From positions 992,001-1,056,000 of the forward strand of contig OZ251245.1 of the NCBI GenBank assembly GCA_965240325.2: a stretch of 64,000 nucleotides of DNA. The letters run 5' to 3'. Made by a program: the position numbers and the translations under genes. The first letter of the stretch is position 1, and each line of letters starts with the position of its first letter. This document shows positions 58,899 through 64,000 of the stretch, piece after piece. Below the pieces are notes generated by a model, which was given only the letters and a program-made list of their open reading frames with translations, did not search any database and was not told the origin of the DNA. The stretch comes from Rebecca billardiae RCC1528. Lineage: Eukaryota > Protista > Haptophyta.

Positions 58899-59599
58899 CG
58901 CCCCCCGGGAGATGCACCCCGCAGCCGTGCAAGCGTGAGGGCTTTGATGAGAGTCTGAGCCGAAGGGGCAGTGTGATTTGATATGACCCAAGTGGATAAC
59001 ATTTTTGATGATGAACCGTCAACGCATAAATCGCGAAGCTTCCTTATTATAGTGAGGCGAGCGCTTCTCATCACAAACGTTTCGGAAAAGTTCCCCCCAA
59101 GCATTCATCATGACGTGAAAACAATCTGTCGTATCATCATTCATCAATCTCATCTGTTCGCAGCCTGTTCGGGTTCAGCAGGGTGAACAATTGCTATTGA
59201 CAATGATTTGACACTGCGCCTAAAAGGGGGGGATCCAAATTGTCCACCGACGACGGCGCGATGGCTGCTGCACAGTCATTGTCAAGCGTGCCTTGCTGTG
59301 TACATGCAGGTACGGGCGTCCCAACAGCGAGGGCGGGGTGGCGTAGATGGTCTCGTGGGAGGTCCGTCCGTGTGCCGGAGACGCTTCGACACCTTGGTGG
59401 CGTGTCCACACCCCTCCTTGTCGCCGCTTGCCCAGTGCTGCGCCGCGCGGCGCGGCCCGGCAGCGCGGCCCGACGCCGCGCCGCGGACACGGGACAGTGT
59501 CGAGTGCAGACGTACCCTCCTCCTGCTCGGACGCGGGACTTGAGTCTTGAGGACTCAGGGGAGTGCCTCGGCCCCGGATAAAGGCCGGATCAGCAGCGC

Positions 59600-60724
59600 C
59601 TACGCGGCGGGAGCTGGTCCGACGCGGTACACGTCTGGTCGCTTCTGCGCGCTCGTCGGGATACCCGCTCGCACCTCGTCCACCTTGCCCATCTCCAGGT
59701 CGAGCACGAGCACCTCCGCCCCCTCCTTCGCGCCGGCGACCACCTCGCCCCACGGGTTGACCACAAGTGAGTAGCCGTACGCCGTGTAATGTGGGTACTT
59801 GGAGCCGGTGGGCGAGTCGGGCGCGGGCACGCGCGCGGGCGAGGCGCCGATCACGTACGCCTGCGCGTCGACGGCGCGCGCGCGCATCAGCAGCTCCCAG
59901 TGCGCCGGGCCGGTCACCAGGTTGAAGGCGCCCGGGAAGACGAGCAGCCGAGCGCCCTGCTGCTGCATGAGCAGCGAAAGTTCCGGGAAGCGCACGTCGT
60001 AGCAGATGCCGACGCCGACGGGGCCGACGCCGATGGACGAGGCGTCGAAGACGCTCGGCGCGCTGCCCGCGCTCAGCGTGTCGCTCTCCTTGAAAGTGAT
60101 CTTGCCGGGCACGTCGATGTCGAAGAGGTGCACCTTGCGGTGCTGCGGGCGGCGCCGGCCGCGGTGGGCGGCGCGCGCAGCGGCCGGCGGGCGCGCACGC
60201 GGCGCGCGCGTCAGCGAGCGGCGAGCGCGCGGGCGCGAGCCGGCGCGGCGGTAGCCCACCTTGGCCCTGACCGTCCCTTGTGGGTCGTACACGAGGCACG
60301 TGTTGAACACGCGCCCGTCCGCGTCGACCTCGGCAATGGAGCCGCCGATGATGAAGACGCGAAGCTCGGCGGCGAGCGCGGCGATCGCCTTGACCGACGG
60401 CGAGGCGGAGGATGTTGCGTCGTCGCCGATGGACGGGCAGGTCTCTGCGTACTCGGGGAACGCCGCCGTCGCGTATGGCCCGTTCCACACCTCGGGGAGC
60501 ACGACGAGGCGCGCGCCCTGCTGCGCGGCCGAGCGGATCGCCTGCGTCGCCGTGCGGATGTTGGTCTCCTTGTCGTGGGTCACCTCGAACTGGCAGACGC
60601 CGACGCGCGCGGCGCACGGCGCCGCGGAGGGCGCTGCCGCCATCGCGCTGAAGCCCCTCGACGCTGCGTAGCTCGCGCCCACGCCGACGGCCACCGCCCG
60701 GAGCGCAGTGCGCGCGCGCCACAT
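59600..60724 (-). CDS. NIT2: Omega-amidase NIT2 (nitrilase family) with a probable mitochondrial presequence
   Basis: VVLPEVWNGPY, HRKVHLFDIDVPGKITFKES, GICYDVRFPE and FNLVTGPAHWELLMRARAVD; intron 60259-60143; ATG at 60724 (MWRAR..). Confidence 0.93.
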   Translation of the reverse strand: MWRARTALRAVAVGVGASYAASRGFSAMAAAPSAAPCAARVGVCQFEVTHDKETNIRTATQAIRSAAQQGARLVVLPEVWNGPYATAAFPEYAETCPSIGDDATSSASPSVKAIAALAAELRVFIIGGSIAEVDADGRVFNTCLVYDPQGTVRAKVGYRRAGSRPRARRSLTRAPRARPPAAARAAHRGRRRPQHRKVHLFDIDVPGKITFKESDTLSAGSAPSVFDASSIGVGPVGVGICYDVRFPELSLLMQQQGARLLVFPGAFNLVTGPAHWELLMRARAVDAQAYVIGASPARVPAPDSPTGSKYPHYTAYGYSLVVNPWGEVVAGAKEGAEVLVLDLEMGKVDEVRAGIPTSAQKRPDVYRVGPAPAA

Positions 60725-60875
60725 ACGAGATGCGATGGCGGTCTTTCCCGCTTTCGTGACGTCCGCCACCCCGCCTGCGTCCGGTCACTGGATGCCCAGC
60801 AGTTTTCTGCTTTGAGCTTGTTCAAAGCGCCGCCTCCGCATCCGACATCGTGCGGCGGCAGGCGTTGCGGGCGCG

Positions 60876-61580
60876 ATGAACAACGAGCTGCGCTCGACGT
60901 ACGTCGACGCAGACGAGGCGCGGATGATGCGTGCGCTTCGGCGCTTCCGCGGGGACGACCAAGCGCGCGACGCCGGCAACAAGTACAGCGCTCAGAATCG
61001 CGCGCGGCAAGAAGCGCTCGCCGAGCGCAATGCGGGCAGGCCGCCGCCCGAGCCTGAGCCCAAGGCGCCCGTGCGCCGTGGCCTCGAGCCCCACGCGAGC
61101 CGGCGGGCTATCCCTGTCCCGCGCCCCGCGCGCGCTCGCCCGCAGCGGCCGGCGGCGATCGACCTCGTGCCCAAGCTGGGCAAGCCTGCTGAGACGGTCA
61201 GTGCGACTGGAGGCCTGCGGCCAGACTACAGCTCATACGAGCCGGCGCCTCTCCCGCCGTACCAGCCCCCGCAGGAGACGCGCGAGGCGAAGAAGGAGCG
61301 GCTACAAGACCGTCTCACCTACGGCGACGCGGCGCCCAGCCGCGTCATCACCGAGTCCCCGCCGGTGCGCGTGCCGGTCGTGCGGACGGAGCGCGAGCAG
61401 GCTCAGCAGCTGGCGGACGAGATCGCGGCCGAGATCGAGGAGCGGCAGGCCTTCCTCGAGGAGATGAGCGCGCTCGGGAAGCGCGACGCGTACGAGGCGC
61501 AGATCAAGGGCGAGGTCGCCGTGCGGCTCAAGGAGCTCGAGCGCATCGACCGGCTGCTGGCACAGGCGCCACATGGGTAA
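60876..61580 (+). CDS. UPF0193 / EVG1 (C22orf23)-like protein
   Basis: KKERLQDRLTYG and EIAAEIEERQAFLEEMSALGK..YEAQIKGEVAVRLKELERID. Confidence 0.75.
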   Translation: MNNELRSTYVDADEARMMRALRRFRGDDQARDAGNKYSAQNRARQEALAERNAGRPPPEPEPKAPVRRGLEPHASRRAIPVPRPARARPQRPAAIDLVPKLGKPAETVSATGGLRPDYSSYEPAPLPPYQPPQETREAKKERLQDRLTYGDAAPSRVITESPPVRVPVVRTEREQAQQLADEIAAEIEERQAFLEEMSALGKRDAYEAQIKGEVAVRLKELERIDRLLAQAPHG

Positions 61581-62081
61581 ATGCTGTCCTCGGCTGCCGG
61601 CGCTCGCTGACGCTCACGCTGTCGGCTGTCCGCGGCCCTGACGACGCGGACACGTGTCACGTTGCAATTTCATCATCAGGCGGAATTGCGTCGACACGGA
61701 CGGAGCCGATGCCGCGTCCAGGCTGCGCGGGAGGCGCTGACGGCAAATGGCAATGGCGACGAGACTGACTCACAATCTCTCATGAGTCATTCGGCTAACT
61801 ACTACTACGTTACCCCCGTATTCATACTACTGAGTACTGTATCATCATTGGATCTGCTTACGCCCGCGCGAAACGTCCAACGGTCCAAGTCGGCTTTTCG
61901 GTTGGGTTGAATGAATGACGACGATGATTATCGTGAAGCAGTGGCTGAGCAACCGAGTGAGCCCCGCCCGGGCCGGCCGCCGCCGCTTTGGCGCCAACAG
62001 TCCAACCAAAAAAAACGACGCGAGCAGCTTTGTAGCTGGCAACAGCACTAACGCACTTCATCGGGCGTCGGGCGGGCGCGA

Positions 62082-64000
62082 ATGGCACACGTCGCGCCCA
62101 ACCGGTTCGGCGCTGCGCCGGCTGCGCCACCGAGGCATGCCGGGAGAGAGCGCGCGAGCATCATTGACCGGCGTGGCTCCGAGGCGCGTGCCGCGACGAT
62201 CAACTCGTTGCGCGGCGGCCCGGCGCCGACCGCTGCGAACAGCGGCTGGGGCGAGGGCAAGCGCGGCCAGTTTGCGCGGAGCGGCTCGCACGGCAGCCTG
62301 CTCGCGAGCTACAAAAAGACAAAGATTCGCACGAAGGCGACCGTGCTGCGCGGTGGCACGCAGAAGCGCATTGCCATGCGCCGGCGCACGCTCAACCCCG
62401 CCGCGTCGTCGCTGCTCTCCTCGCGCGGCCGGCTGCGCGACTTTGGGTTTGTGGCGGGCGGCGCCAAGGACGCGGACAGCGTCCTCGCCGAGCCGCTGGC
62501 GCCGAACGAGGCGCTGATCGACCACCTGGTCGCGGAGTACGAGGAGGAGCAGCGCACGCGCGAGGGCATGCGCCGCTGCTCTCTCTTCGCCGACTCGCCC
62601 GTGCGCCGGCTGTGGGAGCGCTCTCTCTTCTACCTGCTGGTGGTTGTGTACCTCGTGCGGCCGATCGACATTGCGTACAACCGCCACCTGGGGCCGGAGG
62701 TGGCGTGGACGATCTCGCCGACGTTCGACGTGGTGCTCACGGTGACGTACGTCGTCGACGTCGCGATGCAGCTCCTCACCGTCATCGAGGACGACGGCGA
62801 CGGCCGGCTCGTCTACTCGCTCAAAGGGATCGCGTCGCGATACGCGCGGCGCGGCACGCTCGTGACCGACGTGCTGTCGTGCGTGCCGTACGCGCTGGTG
62901 GCGACGCTGTCGGACACGACGTTCGGCATCGTCTTCTTCTCGATGCTCTTCAAGGTGCCGCGCTTCATCCGCATGCTGTACGCGCGCGTGCACCTGCTCG
63001 TCGAGCACCAGGCGGAGATGCGGCTGCTGAACGTGATCGTGCTCTTCTTGTTATTCGCGCACTGGATCTCGTGCATCTGGTACGCGGCGGGCTCGGTGCG
63101 GTACCAGGAGGCGTGGGAGGAGGAGGAGACGTGGGTGTACACGCACAACCTGCAGGACCGCCCGCTGTACAGCAGGTACATCCGCTCGCTCTACTACACC
63201 ATCGCCACGATGACTTCGCTACCATTCTCGACCATACAGCCGGTGAGTGCGCCGCGCGCCGAGCGCCGCGTGCCGCGCGGCCGCGCGCCGAGCCGAGCCG
63301 CACGCCCCGCGCGCCCGCGCCTCCCGCCGCAGCGCACCGACCTGGAGCACACGATGACGGTGTGCATGCAGATGATTGGCAACGCGCTCACCGCGTACCT
63401 CTTCGGCTCCGTGATCGCGTACATCAAGAAGCTCGACGAGCGCGCCGACCTGACCGAGCGGCGGATGAGCTCGCTCCGTCTGTACGGCCAGGTGCACAAC
63501 GTGCCCGCGCCCGTGCGGCAGACGCTGTACGACTACAGCCAGGCCATCCTCGACACGGGGCTGAACGAGCGGCACGTGCTCGAGCAGACGCTCGACCTGA
63601 TGCCGCCCGGCGTGCGCGCCGACGTTGTCCTCAAGATGCGCCGCCACCTCGTCGAGGCGGTGCCGATGTTTGCGAGCACCTCGTCCGGCTTTGTGCGCGA
63701 GGTCGTGCAGAAGCTCAAGCCGGTGCTCTGTCTCTCGGGCTCCGCCGTGTACCGCTCCCTCGAGCGCGCGGAGGAGATGTTCTTCATCCAGTGGGGCGCC
63801 GTCGTGCTGCTCTCGAGGAACGAGCGGCGCGTGTACGTCACGCTCGAGTCCGGCTCCTTCTTCGGCGAGCTGGCGATGGTGAGCACGTGCCGCCGGACGA
63901 ACACAGCCAAGGCCATCTCGGACTGCCACCTGTTCGCGCTGCACAACCAGCGCTTCGCGCAGATCATGCGCGCGTACCCGTCCGACTTCGACGCGGTGCT
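62082..64000 (+). CDS. Cyclic-nucleotide-binding-domain 6TM channel (EAG/HCN/CNG superfamily), 3'-partial; missing from the ORF track because it runs off the window
   Basis: ATG at 62082; DSPVRRLWE, DVLSCVPY, S4 FKVPRFIRML, AHWISCIWY, pore YIRSLYYTIATMTS, C-linker, CNBD GSFFGELAMVSTCRRTNTAKA; intron 63243-63332. Confidence 0.88.
   Translation, partial: MAHVAPNRFGAAPAAPPRHAGRERASIIDRRGSEARAATINSLRGGPAPTAANSGWGEGKRGQFARSGSHGSLLASYKKTKIRTKATVLRGGTQKRIAMRRRTLNPAASSLLSSRGRLRDFGFVAGGAKDADSVLAEPLAPNEALIDHLVAEYEEEQRTREGMRRCSLFADSPVRRLWERSLFYLLVVVYLVRPIDIAYNRHLGPEVAWTISPTFDVVLTVTYVVDVAMQLLTVIEDDGDGRLVYSLKGIASRYARRGTLVTDVLSCVPYALVATLSDTTFGIVFFSMLFKVPRFIRMLYARVHLLVEHQAEMRLLNVIVLFLLFAHWISCIWYAAGSVRYQEAWEEEETWVYTHNLQDRPLYSRYIRSLYYTIATMTSLPFSTIQPVSAPRAERRVPRGRAPSRAARPARPRLPPQRTDLEHTMTVCMQMIGNALTAYLFGSVIAYIKKLDERADLTERRMSSLRLYGQVHNVPAPVRQTLYDYSQAILDTGLNERHVLEQTLDLMPPGVRADVVLKMRRHLVEAVPMFASTSSGFVREVVQKLKPVLCLSGSAVYRSLERAEEMFFIQWGAVVLLSRNERRVYVTLESGSFFGELAMVSTCRRTNTAKAISDCHLFALHNQRFAQIMRAYPSDFDAV

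Overview
Eukaryotic nuclear DNA with very high GC, short GC-rich GT-AG introns (donor mostly GTGCGC) and compact genes. The style suggests a haptophyte alga such as a Pavlovales species; this is an inference. About 20 protein-coding genes can be modelled, and most long ORFs in the track are GC-driven shadow frames or read through introns. Recognisable genes: sulfotransferase-like (5' partial), LAMTOR4-like, sarcosine/pipecolate oxidase, tandem-C2 (RPGRIP1-C-like) protein, a UBR1/PRT6-type E3 ligase with a perfect 20 x 66-bp repeat, TBC RabGAP, sirtuin, SGNH-like secreted protein, FABP-like protein, ZC3H15/DFRP1, a ~4600-aa RCC1-repeat/REJ/GPS polycystin-1-like receptor, a TM-LRR protein, HGH1, NIT2, an EVG1/UPF0193 protein and a CNBD-family channel (3' partial). 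The best novel candidates appear only after manual splicing. (1) A PA-domain 7TM receptor fused to a HET/TIR-like domain whose WID and WCLFE motifs are both created across splice junctions. (2) An 86-aa, 33% His peptide precursor with three (E)EKR sites, absent from the ORF track. (3) A protein with BAF-like segments, a coiled coil and a CCCGCVLS CaaX tail. (4) A CNBD channel with a degenerate filter (TSLPFST). No RNA genes, CRISPR arrays or intact transposons were recognised. All domain calls are by eye, without database searches.
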